Shown here: piece by piece, positions 12,263 through 25,300 of the stretch | How positions within the stretch are numbered: position 1 is the first letter of the stretch | Layout of the letters: every line of letters starts with the position of its first letter | Assembly: GCA_950097015.1 (NCBI GenBank) | Contig: CATNEN010000007.1 | Location: 5,332,001 to 5,396,000, forward strand | Direction: 5' to 3' | Source of the DNA: Macrostomum hystrix | Lineage: Eukaryota; Animalia; Platyhelminthes | Length of the DNA stretch: 64,000 nucleotides | Notes under the pieces: model-generated | The model's input: the letters and a program-made list of their open reading frames with translations, nothing else | What the model was told of the DNA's origin: nothing | The model's database searches: none | Program-made: the position numbers and the translations under genes

Positions 12263-13660
12263 GTAAGTAGCCACATGGAAAACTTCTTCTTTGTGCGGGC
12301 TTGCCCTCTCTTCTTCGAAGAAACACTGACAGAGAGAGGCAAGGAGTGGGGGGGACAGAGGGGCCTGCTGCAGTACAGGACACCGTGCCATTATCCCGCC
12401 CAGTGACTCCTCGATCCTCCCCCGCCGCCCCCGCTCATGCAATGTCCGCCCGAATGGGCCCCGAGCCTCCCGAACTGCTTGAGTACTTACTATGGGATAT
12501 TAGTTGTCCATTGTACTTTTATAGTTTGATAGTTTTATATCTGCCAATTATTTGCTGCATTTCCAAGTCTGCAGACTCCTGTAATTATGGAACAGATTTG
12601 GAAACGGCTGGGAGAGAATTACATTAGTTAAGGTAAATATATTTAGAGGGAGCTTCATGGTGTTGCTTTGGATTGAGCCATTGTACTCTGAGTTTACTCA
12701 GTAACTCAGAAAGTTTTCTTTCGAATCTGTTGAAAATTGCTTTCATTCAAATTTTATCCAGCAGAGATTTTTACCCTGCTATCTGACGATTTTCTATTGA
12801 TATCAGTTTTCCCACGCAGCTAATGCTCTATTTATACTACTGACAACTTAGTAAGTAGGTAGTCTGGCATTTAGATTCCGAAATTAAATAGAACCTAAAA
12901 GCTAAATTGTCGCTTATTTCAAATTTATAAAAGCTATTACGAATACTGCACTCAATCTTTGAAAAGGGAGTTTTAGTTGGCCTTTAAAATTAATATAAAT
13001 AGGAAGTTAGGAAGTTATATAGAATGGGATTTGGCTGTTACACTTACATAATTCAGGAAACTCTTATGCTATAGTAGGCGGCACTTAACACTCTTGGACA
13101 AGCTTCCCGTGTTTCGCAGTTAGGCATATAGTGAGTACAGGCCAGCTCATTGCATTCTGCAGTCATGCTCGAATTACTAAGCCCTAAGGGCATATAAGGG
13201 CATTGACCATTTTTTGCGGTGATTCTGGGATTCAGCAATTCGCCCATCTTTAGTATCCGTGGCAAAATGAGCAGACGCTGCCTATACAACAGTCAGTTAA
13301 TTATAGGATGCTGATTAAAGAATTTTCGTTTAAAAAAAAGGCATGAAATAGGAGAAAAATGCCACTGCAGATTTTTTGCACTGGCTGGGTGCAGCTGTGC
13401 CGGAGTCAAATGTATGCTCATTTGCCTGCCAGCAGGCTGCTCAAATTCATAGCGGGGCCGCTCCCTAATTGATGCTCTCTGCCAGGTAGTCTCTATGGAG
13501 ATTATTGCACACTTTCTACCGCCATCTGTTGCAAGTATATTTTCAGTTTCAACCAAAAAAATTGGTGGCTTGTTTCCGGCTCAGGTTACATCACAAGCTT
13601 CTGGGGTGGGGATTTCCCGGCTTTGATTTTTTAGCACCTTTAATAACTTTTATCCCATTC

Positions 13661-14649
13661 CTATCCGATCTCTAATCAATCTTCTATGCAATCTTTAATC
13701 AATCTTCTATTCGATCTCTAATCAATCCACTATCCGATCTCTATCAATATTCTATCCGATCTCTATCAATCCACTATCCGATCTCTAATCAATCTACTAT
13801 CCGATCTCTATCAATATTCTATCCGATCTCTAATCAATCTACTATCCGATCTCTAATCAATCTACTATTTAATCTCTATCAATATTCTATTCGATCTCTA
13901 ATCAATCTACTATCCGATCTCTAATCAATCTACTATTTAATCTCTATCAATATTCTATTCGATCTCTAATCAATCTACTATCCGATCTCTAATCAATCTA
14001 CTATCCGATCTCTAATCAATCTACTATCCGATCTCTAATCAATCTACTATCCGATCTCTAATCAATCTACTATCCGATCTCTAATCAATCTACTATCCGA
14101 TCTCTAATCAATCTACTATCCGATCTCTATCAATCTACTATCCGATCTCTAATCAATCTACTATCCGATCTCTATCAATCTACTATCCGATCTCTAATCA
14201 ATCTACTATCCGATCTCTAATCAATCTACTATCCGATCTCTAATCAATCTACTATCCGATCTCTATCAATCTACTATCCGATCTCTAATCAATCTACTAT
14301 CCGATCTCTATCAATCTACTATCCGATCTCTAATCAATCTACTATCCGATCTCTAATCAATCTACTATCCGATCTCTATCAATCTACTATCCGATCTCTA
14401 ATCAATCTACTATCCGATCTCTAATCAATCTACTATCCGATCTCTAATCAATCTACTATCCGATCTCTAATCAATCTACTATCCGATCTCTAATCAATCT
14501 ACTATCCGATCTCTAATCAATCTACTATCCGATCTCTATCAATCTACTATCCGATCTCTAATCAATCTACTATCCGATCTCTATCAATCTACTATCCGAT
14601 CTCTAATCAATCTACTATCCGATCTCTATCAATCTACTATCCGATCTCA
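13661..14649. repeat. 22/23-bp minisatellite (TCTACTATCCGATCTCTA(A)TCAA)n
   Basis: About 40 tandem units with a degenerate left edge. Confidence 0.97.
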
Positions 14650-15205
14650 AACAATATTTCTAAATCTCAGCTTCTCAAGAATTTTTCTTGTCTCGGCCGT
14701 TGCAATTGTTCTCGTTTTTGCAATGCCGCCTTATTGGCCAGTTCTGAATAGCAACAAAGCAGGGGTGAAGCGGGCAGTCTAGTCCATGGCTGCAGCTCAT
14801 TGGTCAGTACTCATTGCAGGATTCCTTCTCGACTTGTCCCGCACAGCTCACAGAGTTGCGGGGATAGGTTTGGTGCTGGGCTGAAGCGCATCTTAAAGAG
14901 GCTTCACAAAGTTGAGCCCGAGCATAACAATAGACTCCGCAGACTTGACTCACGAGAACTAAAAGAACTATACAAAGGGCTGACCACCAACAAAGGAAAC
15001 CTCAGGATTTCCTTCCTGTTCTCTTCGGGCCGAGTTGCCACTAAACAGACCAGCAGATCCCAATCTCAAGATCATGCATACGGCAGTGGGCCTTCACTGT
15101 AATCCCACACCTTGATCAGTTTTGTTTTCGATCCCAATAGGAAATGTCAACTAATTGAATTCCCAAATCTGTTTTCTTTACCGAAGATCTCGAATCTAAG
15201 GAATC

Positions 15206-18200
15206 ATGCAGCATCTGCACATGATGCATCAGCAGCAGCAGCAGCAGCAGCATCACCAGCTGCATCTTCAGCAACAGCAGCAGCAGCAACAGCAGCAGCT
15301 TGAAGCTTCTGACTCTGACGTACTTGGAAAGTCAGGTGAGAAGACCGCCCACGCTTTTTTATTTTATAAACGCTTTTTTCCTGTAAAATTTGCACTCTAA
15401 GATCTCTTATCTACTATATGACAATGTTTAATGGTTTAACTTTTTTCCCAGGTGTCTCCGACACTTCTGATGAAGAAATCAAGTGCAAGAAGAAGGCTAA
15501 GAGAGGTGAGTGCACTGTTTTTCTGTTGCGAAAGAAACATACATTTTCTATCGAGACTTAGATAGCTTGCTAGCAAACAATTTTATTGAGTAATAATGAC
15601 ACGAAAATGTTGCAGAGAATGCCGCCCAGATCCTTTATCCTCATTAATCCAGCACCCGGATTCCCATTCAGGTCAAATCGGAGTATTGAGTTACAAAAAC
15701 CTTACCAATTTTCGGATCCTTGAGAATTATGCAATTATAGCCGTGCATAGGTTGATGTTTGCAAAGAGGAAAATCTAGGCTTATTCTGTCATAGCTGTCA
15801 ATGAATTTAGTGTATCTAACTGTGCCCACAACTGTTGATATGCAGATAGATGTGCAAGCAACTTAGAAAGCGGCGATTTACAAAGACAAGTGAGAACTAG
15901 TGCTCTCACAATGCAAACAGAAGCAGCCTTAGCTAATATAATGCATAGTGCCAGGGTATTAAAACAGCGACTTCTGTGAGAACATTGCATAGAACAGGAG
16001 AATTTATGCAACTCTTCAAATTCTTTTACACACCCCTATAAGAAGTCTGTTTGAATTGATTCAGATTCTCTCTCATACTCTATAACAAATTTGTATGCAT
16101 CACATATATAATAGGAGAGACAGATGACCAACACCCTCAGACTGCCACCTGTATATTCTGTGCTGTCATTGTCACCGTTTTTTTTTCGCTAGCCGGACTG
16201 GCGCCACAGACTGTCACTGAAAGCCTTCACACACACACACCAATGTTTTATATATGCGCCTTTTCATAAGCATTTTCGAGATTTAGCGTATATATTGCAA
16301 CACTGTTAGGGAGTGACAAAGATCAGATGGTCTGATAAATTTGCTTTGATTCTGAATGGGTGTCACAAACTGCAGAATCTTAGAAACTATTGAATTATTT
16401 CATTTCATTCCCATTTCTTGGGATCATTTCCATTTTCCATCACTTCGTTTGGACGATTCAGAAATTTGCTTTCGCGGTATCTTGTCCAGGAAATATTAAA
16501 ATGCTTTTTTCAAATTGAATCGCTTGAACAGTCAGTAATGCAATTTTATGTTAAAATCATTTGCTCTGTCACCCTCTCAGCTCTGTCACTCTCTCAGCTC
16601 TGTCACTCTCTCAGCTCTGTCACTCTCTCAGCTCTGTCACTCTGTCAGCTCTGTCACCCTCTCAGCTCTGTCACTCTGTCAGCTCTGTCACCCTCTCAGC
16701 TCTGTCACTCTCTCAGCTCTGTCACTCTCTCAGCTCTGTCACCCTCTCAGCTCTGTCACCCTCTCAGCTCTGTCACTCTCTCAGCTCTGTCACTCTCTCA
16801 GCTCTGTCACTCTCTCAGCTCTGTCACTCTGTCAGCTCTGTCACTCTCTCAGCTCTGTTACTCTCTCAGCTCTGTCACTCTCTTAGCTCTGTCACTCTCT
16901 CAGCTCTGTCACTCTCTCAGCTCTGTCACTCTCTCAGCTCTGTCACTCTCTCAGCTCTGTCACTCTCTCAGCTCTGTCACTCTCTCAGCTCTGTCACTCT
17001 CTCAGCTCTGTCACTCTCTCAGCTCTGTCACTCTCTCAGCCCTGTCACTCTCTCAGCCCTGTCACTCTCTCATCCCTGTCACTCTCTCAGCTCTGTCACT
17101 CTCTCAGCTCTGTCACCCTCTCATCTGATCTCAGTCCCTATCTGCAGCTGCTGTAACAGATTCAAAGGCAGTTTAGTTCGCAACTCGCAGCAGCCAAGCT
17201 AATTGGCCTTTTTGGCAGTCAGATTTTCAACGGCGCTTGCCGAGATGCGGACTTTGTTGTCTCCGCCTTTAGTCATGCCTCATCAGTCATCTGCTGCTTT
17301 GCAACTCTGAGTTTGAGTCCCACAGCTCCGATCTTCTAGACATAGGACTGTGAGCTCAGCCTATAGTCTCGCCTGTCTCAGCGAGATTCTCGGGGACTCA
17401 GAGGGCGCTGTGATGGATTGGCAGCGAAATGAGCTGATACTCATACAGGGAGGTCAGGGCCTGAGTAAGGACTGCTTGGCGCTGCCTGTTGAGTCCACAA
17501 GTCTGTGGGAGCGATACCATGATTATAATAGTCATAATACCAATAGAAATTATAATAATATTGAAAAAGTAAAAAAAATTACCTAAACTTTGATTTTTGG
17601 CCCCAATCATTGAAAAATTGCAAACTGATTTCTGCATTTCAAATCCCCACCTATTCAGGCCACTCCGGAGTGAACCAGCTTGGCGGGGTGTTCGTGAACG
17701 GCCGTCCGCTGCCAGACACCACCCGTCAGCGCATCGTGGAGCTGGCCAGCAGCGGTGCCCGGCCCTGCGACATCTCCCGCATCCTGCAGGTGTCGAACGG
17801 CTGCGTGTCCAAGATCCTCTGTCGTTACTATGACACCGGCTCCATCCGGCCCAAGGCCATCGGAGGGTCCAAGCCGCGGGTAGCCACGTCCTCCGTGGTG
17901 AATCGCATCGCGCAGTACAAGCGCGAGTGCCCGAGCATCTTCGCGTGGGAGATTCGCGACAGACTTCTGCAGGACGGAGTGTGCAACCAGGACACGATTC
18001 CCAGTGTGAGTGGACCGCTCTGCCACCCACCCCCTCAACGCAGCATTCGCCATTTGTACAATTTGCAAGAATATAAACTTTTACTAGCTGCGATTCGAAC
18101 TCAGGACCCTCGATGAAGCTGTTAAAAAATGAATTCTTCTAAGCATTGTTGATGGCAGGAATGCCGCCAGACAGCGTGCTTCTCCACTGACCAGAACTGA

Positions 18201-21200
18201 CCCTGCAGCTCATTAGCTAGCTATTAATTATAGTTTTTCGATGCCCAACAAATTGGGGGATATTTTGGCACAAACTCCCCTGCTGTGCTCAGTCCTGTTG
18301 TAGTCGGGTGGGGCTGATCGGTGCCCAAATTACAGAGGGGGGAATCGAACCAGTTGACCAGCGCGCAAACGAAGGCCTGCTCAATCCGAGAACTCAAAGA
18401 TTCCTCGCTGCCCGGGGGTTGGTGAGGTGAGCATAGACTCAGTGTGTGTGTGTGCGTGTGGATCCGGATCCAACGAACTCTCCTGTTTCCGTTGATGCGG
18501 AAAATAATATATCTATATCTATATAGGTTTCCAATACTACAGCACATAATAGGCCTACAAAGAGCCAAACACAGAGCCAGGCATTCCTGAAGTGTTCCAT
18601 TCGGGTTCGCAGGTGCGTCCCGACACAAAGGGATCGGAATGGACCCCCAGTTGGTCTTCTTCCAGTCCGCTGAGCTTTCACCCCCCGCAGGGATCCAAAG
18701 TTAATCTTGCGTTGACGAGTGGGCGGCGGGACGAGAGACTTAGGGATCTGAGAAGGGGCTTCGGGTCGGCATGGAAATATGTGGAAGAAAATTGCATTAC
18801 AGGGTGGGTTGGGAGTTTAACGATTGCAGTCGAGAAATCGGATGGGATTGACGGCTGATCATGAATTTCCCCATTCTCAGGTGTCGTCAATCAATCGGGT
18901 GCTGCGGAATCTGTCCAACGAATCGCAGCGTCAGCTCATGCCCGGCATGCCCGGCGGCGGCGGCGTCGGCGGCGGCAGCGGCGGAGTCTACGACAAGCTG
19001 CATCTGCTGGGCCAGCACTGGGGCAACCCGCACGCCTGGTACGCGGCACCGCAGGCTGGCGCTGCCGCCTATCCAGGATTCCCCGCCACTGCGGCAGCCG
19101 CCGGGATGGCCGCCTGCGGCTACGGCCCTCTGAATGGCTTTCATCACGCAGTCGGCGGAGTCGCAGCCGGCGTCATCGGCGGAGTCGCATCCGGTGGATC
19201 GTCCTCCGAGGCTGTCAAAGCTGGTGAGAAGCCGGGATTCACTTTGGCACTGCACTGTCAGATTATCATAATTCGTTCCTAAGAGTGTTTCGGAGTTTCC
19301 TAAGTGTGTTTCGGAGTTTCCGAAGTGTGTTTCGGAGTTTCCTAAGTGTGTTTCGGAGTTTCCTAAGTGTGTTTCGGAGTTTCCTAAGTGTGTTTCGGAG
19401 TTTCCTAAGAGTGTTTCGGAGTTTCCGAAGTGTGTTTCGGAGTTTCCTAAGTGTGTTTCGGAGTTTCCTAAGTGTGTTTCGGAGTTTCCTAAGAGTGTTT
19501 CGGAGTTTCCTAAGAGTGTTTCGGAGTTTCCTAAGTGTGTTTCGGTGTTTCCTAAGTGTGTTTCGGAGTTTCCGAAGTGTGTTTCGGAGTTTCCTAAGTG
19601 TGTTTCGGAGTTTCCGAAGTGTGTTTCGGAGTTTCCTAAGTGTGTTTCGGAGTTTCCTAAGTGTGTTTCGGTGTTTCCTAAGTGTGTTTCGGAGTTTCCG
19701 AAGTGTGTTTCGGAGTTTCCTAAGTGTGTTTCGGAGTTTCCTAAGGGGGTTTTGGAGTTTCCTAAGTGTGTTTCGCAGTTTTTTAATGCTTTTTGTTAAG
19801 TAGATTCTCTCCCATCTTAACAAAGCAATCCCAAAAAGCGTCAGTAAAATATTATCCTGTACAGTTTCCGAGTGGTTTACCGCAACAGGGCGGGACGGAA
19901 ATCCGATACAAGCTCCCTCCGCCCCAGCGAGTCTTTGATTCGCTTTTCCCAGTTTGACATTTCTGTAGTTTGTAGGAGATGTTACAAAGATTAGAATCGG
20001 ATAACTCTCTGCAAAGTCAGCTAAGGCCCCTCAAACAGCCGCTCAACTACAAGCTGTCCGCGAGTTTCAAATCAAAAAGATGCTGCAACGAGATAAGCCT
20101 CAATTGAACCAGACTCGTGTAGCCAATAGACATTCGATACTTTTACGGGCGGCCCAGTTTTGTTCAATACTCAATGGTCACTACTCAGCTAACGAGTGCT
20201 CAGTAGGCAGATAAGCTCAAGTTTAATCTCCTGTCCCCAATCACCGAAACAGAGGAGGCGAATCCAACCGGACTCGACAGCACCGCCGACTCGGACAGCA
20301 GCATCGCCGACGGTGGCGAAGCCGGCACCAGCGGCCGCGGCGGCGATATCGACGGCGACCCGGGCTCGATGGACGACTACGGCGACAGTGTCGGAGCTGG
20401 CGGCGTCGGCGGTAACGGCGTCGACTCCTCCGACGACATGCGGATGAAGCTGAAACGCAAGCTGCAGCGGAATCGAACCTCCTTCACCCAGGAGCAGCTG
20501 GACGCGCTGGAGAAGGAGTTCGAGCGCACGCACTACCCGGATGTGTTCGCCAGGGAGACATTGTCCAAGCGGATCGGCCTGGCCGAGGCCCGCATCCAGG
20601 TCTGGTTCTCAAACCGGCGGGCAAAATGGCGCCGAGAAGAGAAACTGCGCAGCCAGCGGGGAGGCGGCGGTGGTGGTGCCATCGGTGGCGGCGGCAGCGG
20701 CGGCGGCGGCCGGCCCGACTCCGTGGATGAGCCTCTGCAGCTATCCCAGCAGCAGCAACAGCAGCAGCTGCATCTGTCTCAGCTGCCTGGTCTAGCTTCA
20801 ATGCACTCTCCTCAAGACCTGCTGGGGCAGCAGCAACAGCAGCAGCAACAGCAGCACCTGCAGCATCATCTGCAGGCTCACCATCAGCAGCATCTGATGC
20901 AGCAGGAGCAGCAGGACCAGCAGCTTCTCCAGCATCAACAACACCAGCACCATCAGCAACACCATCAGCAGCATCTTCAGCATCAGCAGCATCAGCAACA
21001 GCAGCTCCACAGCCTTCCCCACAGTCATCATCATCATCTGCAGCCGCATGCGACCTCAGCCGCTGCTGCCGCCGCGGCGGCGGCCGCTGCAGCAGACTAT
21101 TCCACGGCTGCGGGCACAGCAGCGGCGGCAGCTGCCGCGGCGGCTGCCGGAGTCTATCAGAGCGCCGCATGGAACGCCGCTGCCGCCGCCGGCCTGCAGA

Positions 21201-21484
21201 GCCCCGGAGCGGCCTCGGCGATGCACGGCTCCTCGATGTACGGCGGAGGCGGAAGCGGCGCTGGCGGCAGTGGCGGTTCCAATGGATTGTCGCCCGTTGT
21301 CCGCGGCTACCATCACGACTCGTACGGCCGGCCAACCGGTTTGCCACCACCACCGTCGCACTATCACCCACAGTCAGCTGCGGCGGCTGCGGCTGCTGCT
21401 TCGGCGGCCTCGCTTCCGGGGCTGCCAGTGCCGCTGCAGTCGCCCTACGATATCCACGGTCAGTACTGGACCCGCGTGGCTTGA
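15206..21484 (+). CDS. Pax6: Paired box protein Pax6 (eyeless/toy family), ~701 aa; exons 15206-15335, 15452-15505, 17659-18005, 18881-19223, 20253-21484
   Basis: Paired domain [20 protein letters not shown]...[14 protein letters not shown]...IPS|[11 protein letters not shown] with Pax6-diagnostic I42/Q44/N47; linker motif YDKL; paired-type S50 homeodomain LQRNRTSFT...[17 protein letters not shown]; C-terminus QYWTRVA resembling QYWPRLQ. All introns are GT-AG with consistent phases (1,1,0,1), the total of 2106 nt is divisible by 3, and an in-frame TAA at 15197 precedes the ATG. The first two exons are less certain than the last three. Confidence 0.96.
16564..17123. repeat. 17-bp intronic minisatellite (CTCTGTCACTCTCTCAG)n
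   Basis: About 33 tandem units in the Pax6 intron before the paired-box exon. Confidence 0.97.
19279..19775. repeat. 21-bp intronic minisatellite (GTGTTTCGGAGTTTCCTAAGT)n
   Basis: About 23 tandem units in the Pax6 intron. Confidence 0.97.
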
Positions 21485-22391
21485 TAATCGCGATGGCCGA
21501 GGCTCATCTGCTTGCTTTATTTTCAAATTCGCGCCAAAATTCGTGGCCTAGCGTAATTAACGGCATCCGGCTTGGGATTCATAAATATAGAGCGGGGACT
21601 TAGTTCAGTTTAAGTCTCATTAGCAACACTTTCATTTGGTATTTGGTTCGCTTTGTCTGCTGCCTTTTAATGAAAGCCATTAAAAACCAGCATGCCTGCT
21701 GCTCTAAGTAGCATGTTAGGCATATGCAGCGAATCTAGTTCACGGCCTGATGTTGTTAGAACACAGAAGGATTTTCATTTAGAAATCTTTCAGAATCGAA
21801 ACATAGCTTATCCATTGATGCGCTGCAGATTTCAGTTGCTTGTTGTTGCTTCAAATTTAACCGGCGGATGGTTTGCAATTTTCCTTTTCGTAAAATATTT
21901 GTTAAAACGTACAAGCGCATGCAATTGTTATGCGGAAGTCACATCAACATCCCCTCAGTGATTGATTATAGTTTACAATTCTACTGTACAAATTTTCGCG
22001 AACAAAATGCACGTCCCAGTCTCACACCCACCTCACCGCTGATTGATTGATTTCTTGGCACCACCTTCATTGCCCATGATTTTCGCCTATAGGTCTGTAT
22101 ATTTGCGCACAAGTGTAGCAAAACCACAGCACAAGCTCGCACCTATGTGGAATATTATTGTCTTAGGCATTGCAGCTGTAATTTATTTAATATGCATAAA
22201 ACTAAATACACCATAGCTGTTATGCCTCTGATTAATGACTTTGTCATTCAGAATAAATGTCGATCTTTCACTGAAATCTTATTAATTAAAGTTACTAGAG
22301 TTTTTTTAATTAATGTTTGATCTCACACTAATATCATAATGCATAACAATGTTAGTAATATAGTAATACTCCATTTACCAACAACAATATG

Positions 22392-25300
22392 CCATCACCA
22401 ATCTGCAATGACCAATCTACCATCACCAATCTGCAATGACCAATCTACCATCACCAATCTGCAATGACCAATCTCCCATCACCAATCTGCAATGAGCAAT
22501 CTCCCATCACCAATCTGCAATGACCAATCTCCCATCACCAATCTGCAATGAGCAATCTCCCATCACCAATCTGCAATGAGCAATCTACCATCACCAATCT
22601 GCAATGAGCAATCTCCCATCACCAATCTGCAATGAGCAATCTCCCATCACCAATCTGCAATGAGCAATCTCCCATCACCAATCTGCAATGAGCAATCTAC
22701 CATCACCAATCTGCAATGAGCAATCTCCCATCACCAATCTGCAATGAGCAATCTCCCATCACCAATCTGCAATGAGCAATCTCCCATCACCAATCTCCCA
22801 TCACCAATCTGCAATGACCAATCTACCATCACCAATCTGCAATGAGCAATCTACCATCACCAATCTGCAATGAGCAATCTCCCATCACCAATCTGCAATG
22901 AGCAATCTCCCATCACCAATCTGCAATGAGCAATCTCCCATCACCAATCTGCAATGAGCAATCTACCATCACCAATCTGCAATGAGCAATCTCCCATCAC
23001 CAATCTGCAATGAGCAATCTACCATCACCAATCTGCAATGACCAATCTACCATCACCAATCTGCAATGAGCAATCTCCCATCACCAATCTGCAATGAGCA
23101 ATCTCCCATCACCAATCTGCAATGACCAATCTACCATCACCAATCTGCAATGAGCAATCTCCCATCACCAATCTGCAATGAGCAATCTCCCATCACCAAT
23201 CTGCAATGAGCAATCTACCATCACCAATCTGCAATGACCAATCTACCATCACCAATCTGCAATGACCAATCTACCATCACCAATCTGCAATGACCAATCT
23301 ACCATCACCAATCTGCAATGACCAATCTACCATCACCAATCTGCCATCACCAATCTGCAATGAGCAATCTCCCATCACCAATCTACCATCACCAATCTAC
23401 CATCACCAATCTACCATCACCAATCTACCATCACCAATCTACCATCACCAATCTACCATCACCAATCTACCATCACCAATCTACCATCACCAATCTACCA
23501 TCACCAATCTACCATCACCAATCTACCATCACCAATCTGCAATGAGCAATCTCCCATCACCAATCTGCAATGACCAATCTCCCATCACCAATCTACCATC
23601 ACCAATCTGCAATGACCAATCTACCATCACCAATCTACCATCACCAATCTGCAATGACCAATCTCCCATCACCAATCTGCAATGACCAATCTACCATCAC
23701 CAATCTGCAATGACCAATCTACCATCACCAATCTGCAATGACCAATCTCCCATCACCAATCTCCCATCACCAATCTGCAATGACCAATCTCCCATCACCA
23801 ATCTACCATCACCAATCTGCAATGACCAATCTACCATCACCAATCTGCCATCACCAATCTGCAATGAGCAATCTCCCATCACCAATCTGCAATGACCAAT
23901 CTACCATCACCAATCTACCATCACCAATCTGCAATGAGCAATCTCCCATCACCAATCTGCAATGACCAATCTCCCATCACCAATCTACCATCACCAATCT
24001 GCAATGACCAATCTACCATCACCAATCTACCATCACCAATCTGCAATGAGGAATCTCCCATCACCAATCTGCAATGACCAATCTCCCATCACCAATCTGC
24101 AATGAGCAATCTCCCATCACCAATCTGCAATGACCAATCTCCCATCACCAATCTGCAATGAGCAATCTCCCATCACCAATCTGCAATGACCAATCTCCCA
24201 TCACCAATCTGCAATGACCAATCTGCCATCACCAATCTGCAATGAGCAATCTCCCATCACCAATCTGCAATGAGCAATCTCCCATCACCAATCTGCAATG
24301 ACCAATCTACCATCACCAATCTGCAATGACCAATCTACCATCACCAATCTGCAATGACCAATCTCCCATCACCAATCTCCCATCACCAATCTGCAATGAC
24401 CAATCTACCATCACCAATCTGCAATGACCAATCTACCATCACCAATCTGCAATGACCAATCTACCATCACCAATCTGCAATGACCAATCTACCATCACCA
24501 ATCTGCAATGACCAATCTACCATCACCAATCTGCAATGACCAATCTACCATCACCAATCTCCCATCACCAATCTGCAATGACCAATCTCCCATCACCAAT
24601 CTCCCATCACCAATCTGCAATGACCAATCTCCCATCACCAATCTACCATCACCAATCTGCAATGACCAATCTACCATCACCAATCTGCCATCACCAATCT
24701 GCAATGAGCAATCTCCCATCACCAATCTGCAATGACCAATCTACCATCACCAATCTACCATCACCAATCTGCAATGAGCAATCTCCCATCACCAATCTGC
24801 AATGACCAATCTCCCATCACCAATCTACCATCACCAATCTGCAATGACCAATCTACCATCACCAATCTACCATCACCAATCTGCAATGAGGAATCTCCCA
24901 TCACCAATCTGCAATGACCAATCTCCCATCACCAATCTGCAATGAGCAATCTCCCATCACCAATCTGCAATGACCAATCTCCCATCACCAATCTGCAATG
25001 AGCAATCTCCCATCACCAATCTGCAATGACCAATCTCCCATCACCAATCTGCAATGACCAATCTACCATCACCAATCTGCAATGAGGAATCTCCCATCAC
25101 CAATCTGCAATGACCAATCTCCCATCACCAATCTGCAATGACCAATCTACCATCACCAATCTGCAATGACCAATCTACCATCACCAATCTGCAATGACCA
25201 ATCTCCCATCACCAATCTCCCATCACCAATCTGCAATGACCAATCTACCATCACCAATCTGCAATGACCAATCTACCATCACCAATCTGCAATGAGCAAT

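Noticed and set aside
16418-17202. 236-aa and 213-aa Ser/Leu-rich ORFs
   Set aside because: Stop-free 17-bp array inside a Pax6 intron.
19266-19823. LRKLRNT-repeat coiled-coil-like ORF and its antisense partner
   Set aside because: A 21-bp intronic minisatellite that is open by chance.
20484-21371. 295-aa antisense ORF over the last Pax6 exon (and similar antisense ORFs over RecQ4)
   Set aside because: Expected shadow of GC-rich codon usage and CAG/GCC repeats.
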